Source: Gammaproteobacteria bacterium
GTDB taxonomy: Bacteria; Pseudomonadota; Gammaproteobacteria; Eutrophobiales; Eutrophobiaceae
DNA length: 64,000 nt
NCBI GenBank assembly: GCA_965238225.1
Contig: OZ250183.1
Span: 1,376,001 to 1,440,000, forward strand
Direction of reading: 5' to 3'
Position numbers and translations under genes: made by a program. The notes beneath the pieces are model-generated. The model was not told the origin of the DNA. It did not search any database and saw nothing but the letters and a program-made list of their open reading frames with translations. Within the stretch, counting starts at the first letter, position 1; each line of letters starts with the position of its first letter. Below, piece after piece: positions 32,338-44,036 of this stretch.

Positions 32338-35300
32338 CTAAAACTCAAGACCAAGCTCTAAGTCAAAACTGTCGGTGTGCCCTGAGTCTATGATCTCAGT
32401 GCGCTCATAGCCTACTGAACCATAAGCGCCGGTTTGGGATTTATATTCAACACCGATACCAAACTTCAAGTTGTGTGTGGCACTGCCGTCTGTAGACAGG
32501 GTGTATATTTGTCTGGTTGGGTCGCTCAGGTAATAAAGTTCAGCGTCAGAGCTCGGACTTATATCAGCACCGTATTCAACCACACCGAAGGGTCTCAGTG
32601 CGCCTTGATTAAGCTCAATGAGATAGTCTACATCAAGCCCTGTGTACAGCACTAGGTTATTTATATCTTGTTTGTTGTAAGTCAGTGCAAAGTCTGAACC
32701 AGATTCAGCAAAGTCTCCCAGACTGCTGTATGACACATTAACCCTGCCATAGGGAGAGAGGTTTATATCCTTTTGTTGGAATTTACCTCTGAAGGTCAAG
32801 GATGCAAATATTTGTTTTATGTCACGGCTGCCTGTGAGTAATATATTGTCATTGCCACGGCGTTTTGTATCTACATTAATGCCGCCTACACCTATCATAC
32901 CTTCAATGGCAGTGTTGTTGTGCAAGTCTAGGGCAGTGTAGACCGCAAAGCTTATGGCATCTGAATTCAGTGTTGTGTCGTTATTGCCAATCTCAACATC
33001 ACCTGTACCTAAGCTTACGGCAACACCTAAAAGCTGTTTGTCATTGGCTGTATATCTGTCTACGCCTAAGGAGATGTTTTGTGAGAAGCTGTCCTGTGCA
33101 GATGTGGTGGTGGTTGCATCATAATCACCTAGGGTGATATTGCCGGCAGTCCAGATTGCCCAAGTATCACTAATACTATCACTGATGCTGTTACCGCTTA
33201 AGGGGTTTAGGGCAGTCAGATGGCCTAAAGTATTGTCTAAAGTATTGTGTGCCAGTTTGGCAAATTCATTGGCGGCACGGTCGCTAAGCTCTTGTTTGAG
33301 CGCAGCAAACACAGACGTGCTGTGGTCGGCGTTATGCTTGGTATTATTGGCCAGTGTTCTTGCCATGTTGGCAAGGCGTGCTTGGCTCACAAGGCTATTT
33401 TCTTTGGGATTATTGGCCTTATATTCTGCCTTAAAGAGTGCGTCCAGTGTCGGATGTGCAAAGTTTAAGGTTATGCCTTGATGAGACAGGTTGTTGCTGC
33501 CTTTGTGGCGGCGTAACCAGTTCATGCGGTTGGTAATGGTGGTTACTGAGGTCTTAGTCCAGTCGACTGCTATATCAGCTTGCATGTTAACACCAGACAC
33601 AACATCTTTAACTGTTGCAGGGTCAGGGGTGGGCGGTGTTGCTGATACGCTAAAGCTAAAAGTAGCTTGCGTGGCATCACGGCTTGCGCGGTCTACAAAT
33701 GCGCCTACTGGGATATTGACTGTGTATTCTGCACTCAGATCAAGATTGTTGGACGGGTTGATGGTGACAGCATCAGTATCATTGGCTGTGACTTGTGCAC
33801 CTGTCACATCAAGTGCTATGGCGGTGCCGCCTGTAGGGGTTAAGGTGATGGTACCTGTGCCGGCGCTGACTCGCTCACTGAAATTCAGGATAATATCAAC
33901 ATTGGCTGGCACCTCTGTGGCACTGTCTGTAAGTGCATAGCTTGTATTGTCTCTACCAAATGCGTAGGTAGTTAAGCTCGGACTGGTGGTATCAGCGGTG
34001 ACAGTCAAGACAGCATTCGATGGGCTGGAAACATTACCAGCGCGGTCTTGTACAAATAATCTATAAGTGCCACTGGCTTGTGGTGCGTAAATAGCAGTAG
34101 CATTGCCCGCAGCACGGGTGATGGTGGTGCCTTCTGTAAAGTTTTGCGTAGATTGCGGTGCAAACCAGATGATATCATCAGCATTACCAGAACCTACAAC
34201 AGTAATCGCTGCGTTAGCCATGCCACTGACCGCACTGGCAAAGACTGTGTCTTGATCGGTGGGGGTAGCCGCTGTGGCTGATGTACCAAAGCGAAGGACT
34301 TCCACTATAGATGTAAAAGCGTTGCCGGCAAGGTCAGAGAATAATGATCCGATACTTAATACAACATCTCTACCCGCAATAAAGTTGATGCTTGGATCGA
34401 TGGTCACTGTATTGCCAGCCACTGTGATGCGTGGGTCTGCGCTGAGAATGGTTTCAGCTATAGGTGTAAGACCTAATGATACGCCTGATTGAATTAGGAT
34501 ATCGCCGCCCGCCACTTTCATGACTGCCTCATTAAAGGTCAAGATAATATTGGCATTGGTGGCAGCATTTGTTACTGTTTCGCTCTCGGTAAATAGATAT
34601 TGCCTGCCATCTCCGATGGCATAGGAGACCAATGCTGGTCTTGTGCCGTCAATGGCGAGTTCGTTGCTGGTGGTGTCTGTGCCGATATTGCCAGTTGCAT
34701 CGGTGAATGTTGCACTAACCTCATAGCTGCCATCAGCAAGTGCATTGGCACTTGCCACTGTAAAAGACCAAGTGCCATCTGTAGCAACAGTGGGTGTGTA
34801 GGTAACAGCGTTTAGCGTCACAGAAAGGCTTTCTCCTGTGCCAAGTGCTATGCCTGTGTCTGTTGTGCCGGTGATGGTTGGGGTGGTGTCATTGGTGGCT
34901 AGTGCGTCAACTGTGGGTACAGGCGCTGTGTTGTCTATGGTAATGGTGGTCCCTGCGGTAGGGGTTGCGGTGATGGTGTTGCCTGCTAAGTCTGTGCCTG
35001 TGCTTAGGGTGAAGCTTTGTGCACCATCACCTGCGCCTACTGTCCAGTCATAGTTATAGGTTGTTGCATTGTGTTTTGTCATGTTGGCGGCAGCAATGTT
35101 CTCTACACCAGAGCCTGTGATTTGCATGACAGGGCTATCTGCCATGGGCTCGTCGAATTTGGCATTAACAATTATGGCATCCCCTGCTTTTACGACACTG
35201 ACAATGATATTACCGCCAGTTTGTTTCAAGTAATAGCGCAGGTAGGCTGTGGGGGCTGTATTGTCTACGCTTAAGGTGGCGGTTGATGGGCTAGAGACAT

Positions 35301-37819
35301 TGCCTACGCTGTCTTGTATAAATAATTTATAGTCGCCTGTGGTTGTGGGGGCTGTAATTGAAGTGGCAGTGCCTGTGGCACGGGTGATGGTGTTGCCTAT
35401 GACAAAGTTTGTGGTGCCTGCTGGGGCAAACCAAACGCTGTTACTTGCATCGCCCGAGCTTGTCGATGGGGACTGTCGCACTGCCGGCAACAGCCCTGCT
35501 GGTAGCAAAGACTGTGTTTTGATTGGTGGGCGCTTGTGTGTCTACGCTTAAGCTCGCGGTTGATGGGCTAGAGACATTACCTGCGCTGTCTTGTACAAAT
35601 AATTTATAGTCGCCTGCTGTTGCAGGGGCTGCAATTGAAGTGGCAGTGCCTGTGGCGCGGGTGATGGTGTTGCCTGCAACAAAGTTTGTGGTGCCTGTTG
35701 GGGCAAACCAAACGCTGTTACTGGCTACGCCTGAGCTTATGATGGGGACTGTCGCACTGCCGGCAACAGCCCTGATATTAGAATTAAAGACTGTGTTTTG
35801 ATTGCTGGGGCTTAAGTTGTCTACGGTGATGCTGGCACCAGATGTGGGGGTTGCGGTGACTGTATTGCCTGTTAAGTCTTGCCCTTGGCTTAAAGTGAAT
35901 GTTTGTGTGCCATCGCCAGTACCGACTGTCCAAGCATAGGTGTAGGTTGTTGCATTGACCCTTGTCATGGTGGCGGCAGAGACAGTATGTGCGCCAGTGC
36001 CGGCAATGCGCATGGCAGGGCTACCTTTCATAGACTCAGAAAAGGCAGCAGTGATGGTGATGTTGGTGCCTTGGTTTACCTGTGTGGCAGTATTAGTGCT
36101 TGTGCCATAGGTATAAGCAAGGGTGGCTGTGGGGGCTGTGTTGTCTACGATGATGCTGGCACCTGAGACAGGGGTCGCGGTGATGGTATTGCCTGCTAAG
36201 TCTGTGCCGTCGCTTAGGGTGAATGTTTGTGTGCCATCACCAGTACCGACTGTCCAAACATAGGTATAGCTTGTTGCATCAACCCTTGTCATGTTGGCGG
36301 CAGAGACAGTATGTGCACCAGTGCCTGTAATCTGCGGGATAGGGAATAATGCTATGTCCTCATTAAAGTCAGCAGTGATGGTGATGCTGGTGCCTTGGCT
36401 TACGCGTGTGGCAGTATTAGTGCTTGTACCATAGGCATAAGTAAGGATGGTTATCGGGCTTAGGTTGTCTACGGTTAAGGTGGCCGTTGATGGGCTAGAA
36501 ACATTGCCTACGCTGTCTTGTACAAATAATTTATAGTCGCCTGCTGTTGCAGGGGCTGTAATCGAAGTGGCAGTGCCGCTTGCAGCGCGGGTTATGGTGC
36601 TACTTGCACTAAAGTTTGTAGTGGTGGCTGGGGCAAACCAAACGCTGTTACTGGCTACGCCTGAGCTTATGATGGGGACTGTCGCACTGCCGGCAACAGC
36701 CCTGCTGGTAGCAAAGACTGTGTTTTGATTGGTGGGGGCTGTATTGTCTACAGTAATGCTGGCACCAGATGTGGGGGTTGCGGTGACTGTATTGCCTGTT
36801 AAGTCTTGCCCTTGGCTTAGAGTGAATGTTTGTGTGCCATCACCAGTACCGACTGTCCAAGCATAGGTATAGCTTGTTGCATTGACCCTTGTCATGTTGG
36901 TGGCAGAGACAGTATGTGCGCCAGTGCCGGCAATGCGCATGGCAGGGCTACCTTTCATAGACTCAGAAAAGGCAGCAGTGATGGTAATGCTATCTCCTGC
37001 TTTTACCCGTGTGGCAGTATTAGTGCTTGCGCCATAGGTATAAGCAAGGGTGGCTGTTGGGGCTGTGTTGTCTACGATGATGCTGGCACCTGAGACAGGG
37101 GTCGCGGTGATGGTATTGCCTGCTAAGTCTGTGCCGTCGCTTAGGGTGAATGTTTGTGTGCCATCATTTGCGCCTACTGTCCAAGCATAGGTATAGCTTG
37201 TTGCATCAACCCTTGTCATATCTGTTGCAGAGACAGTATGTGCGCCAGTGCCTGTAATCTGCGGGACAGGGAGTAATGCCATGTCCTCATTAAAGGTGGC
37301 GGTGATGGTGATGCTGGTGCCTTGGCTTACGCGCGTGGCAGTATTAGTACCCGTACCATAGGTATAAGCGAGGGTGGCTGTGGGGGTTGTGGTATCTATT
37401 GTAAGTGTTGCGTTGGTTGCACTGACAATGCCTCCTGCAAAGATTGTTGCAACGACTGCGTAAGTGCCTTCATTAAGTGCATTAAGAACCGCTACTTGCG
37501 CACGCCATGTGTTTGGGGTTACGCTGTTATCAATAACAGGTGTATTGGTAGCAACACCGTTTACCGTTACACCGACTAGTCCATCACCTGTCGCAAGTGT
37601 GCCGGTGATTGTTGGCGTTGTATCGTTGGTTGTTAGTGTATCAACCGTAATAGCTCGAGCCGCCTGTGCAGACAAAGCTGCAAGAAAAAAGACCAGCGCC
37701 AAGCGTTTTGTTAAGTTTATCATGCTGCCAAGACCCCCAAGCGTATTACTTGGAATCTTGTTTGTGGTGGTGCTTAATTTACCAATTAACTGCATAGGTT
37801 TACTCTTCAGTATTACCAT
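32338..37819 (-). pseudogene. Array gene C: autotransporter adhesin (~1826 aa if joined), split by a +1 frameshift near 35464 (ORF pieces 35441..37819 and 32338..35508)
   Basis: GAGCTTGTCGATGGGG at ~35456-71 versus GAGCTTATGATGGGG in two sister repeats. The N-part has the signal peptide; the C-part has the barrel ending FDLELGLEF. Confidence 0.85.
35520..37390. repeat. ~927-bp internal duplication (three-domain block) in gene C
   Basis: Shadow ORFs at 35903 and 36830 are near-identical at offset 927; the protein block repeats. Confidence 0.85.
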
Positions 37820-37946
37820 AACATTCCTCGAAATAGGCTGTAGTCGATGACTTTAAGAGTTCTGCACGACTTTGCATGACTTTGCGATTATAGCGAACAT
37901 CTGCTGTAGAATACAATACTTAAAGATGCAAGTATTACACTAAAGC

Positions 37947-38010
37947 CTAAAACTCCAAGGTCAACTTCTAAATCGAAACTGTCTGTATGTCTTGAGTTTA
38001 TGGCTTCAAT
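37947..38010 (-). pseudogene. Vestige of the last autotransporter beta-strand downstream of gene D
   Basis: Translates IEAINSRHTDSFDLEVDL(g)EF* versus TEIIDSGHTDSFDLELGLEF* in C; out of frame with D. Confidence 0.8.
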
Positions 38011-38056
38011 ACATGTAGCTTGCCGTGCCCACAGATCGTGTTCCTAGGTAGGTTGG

Positions 38057-41000
38057 TTATGTGTCGTACCGTCCTGCAAATGACTTGCAATTGTTTAAAT
38101 ACACTTCTATTGTGCCGCCGGATGTAGGTTCGCTCACCACCACATTGCCTGCTAAGTCTGTGCCTCGGCTTAGTGTGAATGTTTGTGTGCCACCATCAGT
38201 GTTCACCGCAGTCCAGAGATAGTAATAGGTTCTTACGTTGATAACTCTTGTCATGCTGGCAGCAGCAATGCTATCTACACCAGTGCCTGTAATTTGCGCG
38301 GTAGGGAATAATGCCATGTCCTCATTAAAGGTGGCGGTGATACGTACCACATCCCCTACGTTTACTCGAGTCACAGCCCTGTCATCTACAGAATAAGTGA
38401 GTACGGCAGTAGGAGACGTGGTATCTTTTACTGTAATTGTAGCACCAGATGTAGGTTCGCTAACTACCATATTACCAAATAAGTCCATGGCATGGCTTAG
38501 TGTAAATGCCTGTATGCCACCACCTGTGCCTACTGTCCATTCATAAATGAATGTTTGTATATAGGCGTAGGGCCATCTATCTAGATCTGCCCATGCCATG
38601 TTTGTTGCCGGAATGTTATTTGCACCAGTGCCTGTGATTTTTATGCCATCACTACCTTCCGTGATATCTACTACCAATTCACTGAAGGTAGCAACAACGG
38701 TGACGACATCCCCTGCTGTTACTTGACTTACAGGAGTACCATAGGGACCATCTATGAAATAACGGAGTCCAACTGTTGGGTTTGTAGTATCTTTTTTTGA
38801 ATTAAAGCCAAACGTTGTGAAGCCGAAAGAGTTGCCTGTAAGATCATCAAATGCTGTCGCTTGAATATTCACTTGAATATATTCACCATTCTGCCTATCA
38901 AAGGGGATTAATGGGTCAATGGTGAGTGTATTAGTACCATAACCTGTGATCTGTCTGACGGATGCGTTGAGGTCTTCGAGGGTGGGGGGATACTTCAAGT
39001 TCACTTCTCTCCTGCTGCTGTGAATAATATGGACATTACCTGAACCTTTGGCGACTGGCTCATCAAAGATCAGAACAATATTGTTGAATGCAGCAACACC
39101 TGTTGCACCATCTGCAGGTGAGTGTGATACAAGTGTCGGCGCTATGGTATCTATCATAAGTTCGTTTGTTGTAGTGTCTGCGCCAGTGTCACCTGCTGCA
39201 TCAGTGATTGTTGCAGTGATGTCGTAAGTGCCATCAGCAAGTGTATTGGCTGTCAAACTCCATGTGCCATCTGTAGCAACAGTGGGTGTATAGGAAACAG
39301 AGTATATTTCTACAGAAAGGGTTTCGCTTGAACTAAGTGCTGTGCCTGTGCCTGTAGTGCCTGTGATTGTTGGTGTTGGGTCATTGGTTTCTTGTGTATT
39401 AACCGTGGGTGTAGACTTAGCAGCATTATTATTCACTGTAATGGTGACACTAGATGTGGGTTCCATCACATTACCTGCTAAGTCTGTGCCTTGACTTAGT
39501 ATGAATTTTTGTTCGCCATGGGCATCACCTACTGTCCAAAAATAGTAATAGGTTGTTGCGTTGAATTTTGTCATGTTGGTGGTGGCAGTAGGATCTACGC
39601 CAGTACCTGTAATTTGCATGGCAGGCGTATCTGCTATGTCCTCACTAAACGTAGCATTGACAATGATGACATCCCCTGCTTTTACTTCAGTAAAACCGTA
39701 ACTAATGCCGTTTATTCTTTTGTAAGAACGGACATCGGCTGTAGGGGCTATGGTATCTTTTATGGTAAGTTCATTTGTTGTAGTGTCTGTGCTGATATTA
39801 CCTGCTGCATTTGTGATTGTTGCAATGACGTTATAGGTGCCATCAACAAGTGGTGTATTGGCTGTAAAAGACCATGTGCCATCTGTAGCAACAGTGGGTG
39901 TATAGCTTGTGCCATCTAACGCTACAGAAAGGGTTTCTCCTGTAGTAAGTGCTATGCCTGTGCCCGTAGTGCCTGTGATGACAGGGGTTGTGTCATTGCT
40001 GGTTTGTGCATTAACCGTGGGTGTCGCAGGGGCTATGTTATCCACTGTAATTGTGGCAGATGCAGGTGTTATTACATTGCCTGCTAAGTCTGTGCCTTGG
40101 CTTAAGCGAAATGTTTGTGTGCCATCACCTGTGCCTACTGTCCAAAAATAGCGAAAGGTTCTATTGCTATATCTTATCATATCGGTGGTAGCAATAAAAT
40201 TTACCCCCGTGCCTGTGATTTGTATGGGAGGACTATCTGCTATGTCCTTATTGAATTCGGCATTGATAATGATGACATCCCCTGCTTTTACCTTAGAAAA
40301 CTCGGTAAGACCGTAACTAATGCCGTTTATACTGAGGTAAGCATGAACATCGGCTGTAGGGGCTGTGGTGTCTATGGTAAGTTCGTTTGATGTAGTGTCT
40401 GTGCTGATATTGCCTGTTGCATCTGTGAATGTTGCAACGACTTCGTAGGTTCCGCTGGTAAGTGCATTAGCATTACTTACTGTAAAAGACCATGTGCCAT
40501 CTGTAGCAACAGTAGGTGTGTAGCTTGTGCCATCTAACGCTACAGAAAGGGTTTCTCCTGTAGTAAGTGCGCTACCTGTGCCTGTTGTGCCTGTGATGAT
40601 AGGGGTTGTGTCATTGCTGGTTTGTGCATTAACCGTGGGTGTCGTAACAGGGGCTGTGGTATCTACGGTAAGCTCGTTTGATGTAGTATCTGTGCTGACA
40701 TTGCCTGCTGTGTCTGTGGCTGTTGCAGTGATGTCGTAAGTACCATCAGCAAGTGTATTTGCTGTAAAGTGCCATGTGCCATCTGTAGCAACAGTGGCTG
40801 TGTAGGTTTCACCATTTAAGGCAACAGAGAGTGTCTCACCTGTAAGAAGTGCGCTACCTGTGCCTGTTGTGCCTGTGATGACAGGTGTGCTGTTGTTGCT
40901 GGTTTGTGCATTAACCGTGGGTGTCGCAGGCGCTATGGTATCTACTGTAAGTTCGTTTGATGTAGTGTCTGTGCTGATATTGCCTGCTGCATCTGTGAAT

Positions 41001-42853
41001 GTTGCAACGACTTCGTAGGTTCCGCTGGTAAGTGCATTAGCATTACTTACTGTAAAAGACCATGTGCCATCTGTAGCAACAGTAGGTGTATAGGTTTCAC
41101 CATTTAAGGCAACAGAGAGTGTCTCACCTGTAAGAAGTGAGTTACCTGTGCCTGTTGTGCCTGTGATTTCAGGGGTTGTGTCATTGCTGGTTAGTGTATT
41201 GACTGTAGGGGTAGCAGGGGCTGTGGTGTCTATTATAAGCTCGTTTGATGTAGTGTCTGTGCTTACATTACCTGCTGTGTCTGTGACTGTTGCAGTGATG
41301 TCGTAAGTACCATCAGCAAGTGTATTGGCTGTAAAAGACCATGTGCCATCTGTAGCAACAGTGGGTGTGTAGGTTTCACCATTTAAGGTAATAGAGAGTG
41401 TCTCACCTGTAAGAAGTGAGTTACCTGTGCCTGTTGTGCCTGTGATGACAGGGGTTGTGTCATTGCTGGTTAGTGTATTAATCGTGGGTGTAGTAACAGG
41501 GGCTGTGCCTATCACTGTAATGGTGTTAGACGTGGTTTCGACAGTGTCCGTGCCTTGGTGGGTTAAAGTAAATGTTTGTATGCCAACAGCACCATCGTTG
41601 ATTGTCCATGAATAGTAATAGAGCTCTCCGAGACTATCACTAGAGTATCTCATCATACTGGTTGCAGGAAAGCTATGTGCGCCAGTACCTGTGATTTCTA
41701 TACTAGGACTATCTGCCCATACTATTCCTCCAAGGTCTGTGGCAATGACAAATGCAGTATTCCCTGCTTCTACTTGAGTAACAGGCTGACCATTCATCAA
41801 ATAAATGAGTGTAGCTTCGGGTGCTGTGGTATCTGTTGTTATGGTTGTAATGCTTATACTGATACCAGCATAAGCATTACCTGCGCTGTCTGTGAAAGCT
41901 GTGTTGGGGGCAGTAATGCTATAGCTGGTATTTGCCAACAGAATATTTGTTGGATCAATGGTAATTTTATTAGTACCTTCTCCTGTTACCTGTGTGCTTG
42001 TTATAGGAATATTTATAGCAGTACCACCTTGAGGTGCTAGGGTGATATTGCCTGTGCCTATGGTAATTTCTTCATTAAAGGTCAGCACAATATTACTGTC
42101 TAATGGAACATTAGTTGCATTATTTGCAGGTGTAAAGGATGTTAATGTCGGAGCTGTGTTGTCTACGGTAAGTTCGTTTGATGTAGTGTCTGTGCTGACA
42201 TTGCCTGTTGCATTAGTGAATGTTGCAGTGATGTTGTAAGTGCCATCAGCAAGTGTATTGGCTGTAAAAGACCATGTGCCATCTGTAGCAACAGTAGGTG
42301 TATAGGTTGTACCATTTAAGGTAATAGAGAGTGTCTCACCTGTAAGAAGTGCGCTACCTGTGCCTGTTGTGCCTGTGATGACAGGGGTTGGGTCATTGCT
42401 GGTTTGTGTATTAATCGTGGGTGTAGTAACAGGGGTTATGCCTATCACTGTAATGGTGTTAGACGTGGTTTCGACAGTGTCCGTGCCTTGGTGGGTTAAA
42501 GTAAATGTTTGTATGCCAATAGCACCATCGTTGATGATCCATGAATAGTAATAGATCTCTCCGAGACTATCACTAGAGTATCTCGTCATACTGGTTGCAG
42601 GAAAGCTATGTGCGCCAGTACCTGTGATTTCTATGCTAGGATTATCTGCCCATACTATATCCATGCATGAGTTTCTTCCAAGGTCTTTGGCAATGACAAA
42701 TACATTATTCCCTGCTTCTACTTGAGTAACAGGCTGACCATTCATCAAATAAATGAGCTTAGCTGTGAGTGCTGCCTGTGCTACCTGTGCAGAAAATCCT
42801 GCAAGGAGAAAGACCAGTGTGAGACGTTTTAGTAGATTAGCTTTGCCTAACAT
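38057..42853 (-). CDS. Array gene D: 1598-aa secreted Ig-like repeat protein without beta-barrel
   Basis: Signal peptide MLGKANLLKRL...AQVAQA; Big_13-like and Big_5-like repeats; ends NNCKSFAGRYDT*. Confidence 0.88.
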   Translation of the reverse strand: MLGKANLLKRLTLVFLLAGFSAQVAQAALTAKLIYLMNGQPVTQVEAGNNVFVIAKDLGRNSCMDIVWADNPSIEITGTGAHSFPATSMTRYSSDSLGEIYYYSWIINDGAIGIQTFTLTHQGTDTVETTSNTITVIGITPVTTPTINTQTSNDPTPVITGTTGTGSALLTGETLSITLNGTTYTPTVATDGTWSFTANTLADGTYNITATFTNATGNVSTDTTSNELTVDNTAPTLTSFTPANNATNVPLDSNIVLTFNEEITIGTGNITLAPQGGTAINIPITSTQVTGEGTNKITIDPTNILLANTSYSITAPNTAFTDSAGNAYAGISISITTITTDTTAPEATLIYLMNGQPVTQVEAGNTAFVIATDLGGIVWADSPSIEITGTGAHSFPATSMMRYSSDSLGELYYYSWTINDGAVGIQTFTLTHQGTDTVETTSNTITVIGTAPVTTPTINTLTSNDTTPVITGTTGTGNSLLTGETLSITLNGETYTPTVATDGTWSFTANTLADGTYDITATVTDTAGNVSTDTTSNELIIDTTAPATPTVNTLTSNDTTPEITGTTGTGNSLLTGETLSVALNGETYTPTVATDGTWSFTVSNANALTSGTYEVVATFTDAAGNISTDTTSNELTVDTIAPATPTVNAQTSNNSTPVITGTTGTGSALLTGETLSVALNGETYTATVATDGTWHFTANTLADGTYDITATATDTAGNVSTDTTSNELTVDTTAPVTTPTVNAQTSNDTTPIITGTTGTGSALTTGETLSVALDGTSYTPTVATDGTWSFTVSNANALTSGTYEVVATFTDATGNISTDTTSNELTIDTTAPTADVHAYLSINGISYGLTEFSKVKAGDVIIINAEFNKDIADSPPIQITGTGVNFIATTDMIRYSNRTFRYFWTVGTGDGTQTFRLSQGTDLAGNVITPASATITVDNIAPATPTVNAQTSNDTTPVITGTTGTGIALTTGETLSVALDGTSYTPTVATDGTWSFTANTPLVDGTYNVIATITNAAGNISTDTTTNELTIKDTIAPTADVRSYKRINGISYGFTEVKAGDVIIVNATFSEDIADTPAMQITGTGVDPTATTNMTKFNATTYYYFWTVGDAHGEQKFILSQGTDLAGNVMEPTSSVTITVNNNAAKSTPTVNTQETNDPTPTITGTTGTGTALSSSETLSVEIYSVSYTPTVATDGTWSLTANTLADGTYDITATITDAAGDTGADTTTNELMIDTIAPTLVSHSPADGATGVAAFNNIVLIFDEPVAKGSGNVHIIHSSRREVNLKYPPTLEDLNASVRQITGYGTNTLTIDPLIPFDRQNGEYIQVNIQATAFDDLTGNSFGFTTFGFNSKKDTTNPTVGLRYFIDGPYGTPVSQVTAGDVVTVVATFSELVVDITEGSDGIKITGTGANNIPATNMAWADLDRWPYAYIQTFIYEWTVGTGGGIQAFTLSHAMDLFGNMVVSEPTSGATITVKDTTSPTAVLTYSVDDRAVTRVNVGDVVRITATFNEDMALFPTAQITGTGVDSIAAASMTRVINVRTYYYLWTAVNTDGGTQTFTLSRGTDLAGNVVVSEPTSGGTIEVYLNNCKSFAGRYDT

Positions 42854-43251
42854 AACGTTAATACTCCGTCATCTTGTTTGCATTATACTTACACCTAAAA
42901 TTTATACCACTTAAATATCTAACTTAGATTAATTACACCTGATGATTCTATACCCATCTGCTGCATACTCATCTGCTGGTTGATTGCCAATTACTTGTTA
43001 GTATTGACCAATCCTTAACTGGCATAGATTTTAAATAATTTCAAGTGCCTTTTTAAACTGTGCTGCATCCTACAAAAATTCTTTTAGCTTGTTTTAAACC
43101 CTTAGTCTCGTTTTGGTTACAATAAGTTCCTAAAAGATAAAGAGGGCTACCCCAGATAAGTAGGTTATAGTTACCTTAAGGCATTGTTTTAACTGTTTTA
43201 ATTAGTTTAATTGCTTATTATGTGACAGCCCTTAATAGATCGATATTAAGC

Positions 43252-43316
43252 CTAAAAACTCCAAGGTCAACTTCTAAATCGAAACTGTCTGTGTGTCTTG
43301 AGTTTATGGCTTTAAT
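43252..43316 (-). pseudogene. Vestige of the last autotransporter beta-strand downstream of gene E
   Basis: Near-identical to 37947-38010 (IKAINSRHTDSFDLEVDL...). Confidence 0.8.
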
Positions 43317-44036
43317 ACATGTAGAGCTTGCTGTGCCCATAGATCGTGTTCCTAGGTAGATTGGTTATGTGTCGTACCGTCCTGCAAATGACTTGCAATT
43401 GTTTAAATCCACTTCTATTGTGCCGCCGGATGTAGGTTCGCTCACCACCACATTGCCTGCTGAGTCTTCGCCTCGGCTTAGTGTAAATGTTTGTGTGCCG
43501 CCATCAGTGCTCACCACAGTCCAGAGATAGTAATAGGTTCTTGCATTGGCTCTTGTCATGCTGGCAGCAGCAATGCTATCTACACCAGTGCCTGTAATTT
43601 GCGCGGTAGGGAATAATGCCATGTCCTCATTAAAGGTGGCGGTGATACGTACCACATCCCCTACGTTTACTCGAGTCACAGGACTTCCATCTACGGTATA
43701 GGTGAGTTCGGCTGTGGGCGCTGTGCTATCCACTATAATTGTAGTAGATGTGGATGCCATTACATTGCCTGCTAAGTCTGTGCCTTGGCTTAGTGTAAAT
43801 GTTTGTGTGCCATCACCTGTGCTTGCTGTCCAGAAATAGTGAAAGGTTCTATTACTATCTCTTGTCATATTGGTGGCAGCAATGGGCTCTAAACCGGTAC
43901 CTGTGATTTGTATGGGGGGCGTATCTACTATGTCCTCATTGAAGGTAGCAATAACAATCATGTTATCTCCTTGTTTTACTTGGGTGACAACAACAGCAAT
44001 ACCATTAATGCTTTTGTAATAAGTGAGTGTAGCGGT

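Noticed and set aside
38011-38059. Stop-codon readthrough restoring a barrel signal on gene D
   Set aside because: The frame after the TAA meets a TGA at the start of the vestige, which lies in another frame and covers only the last strand
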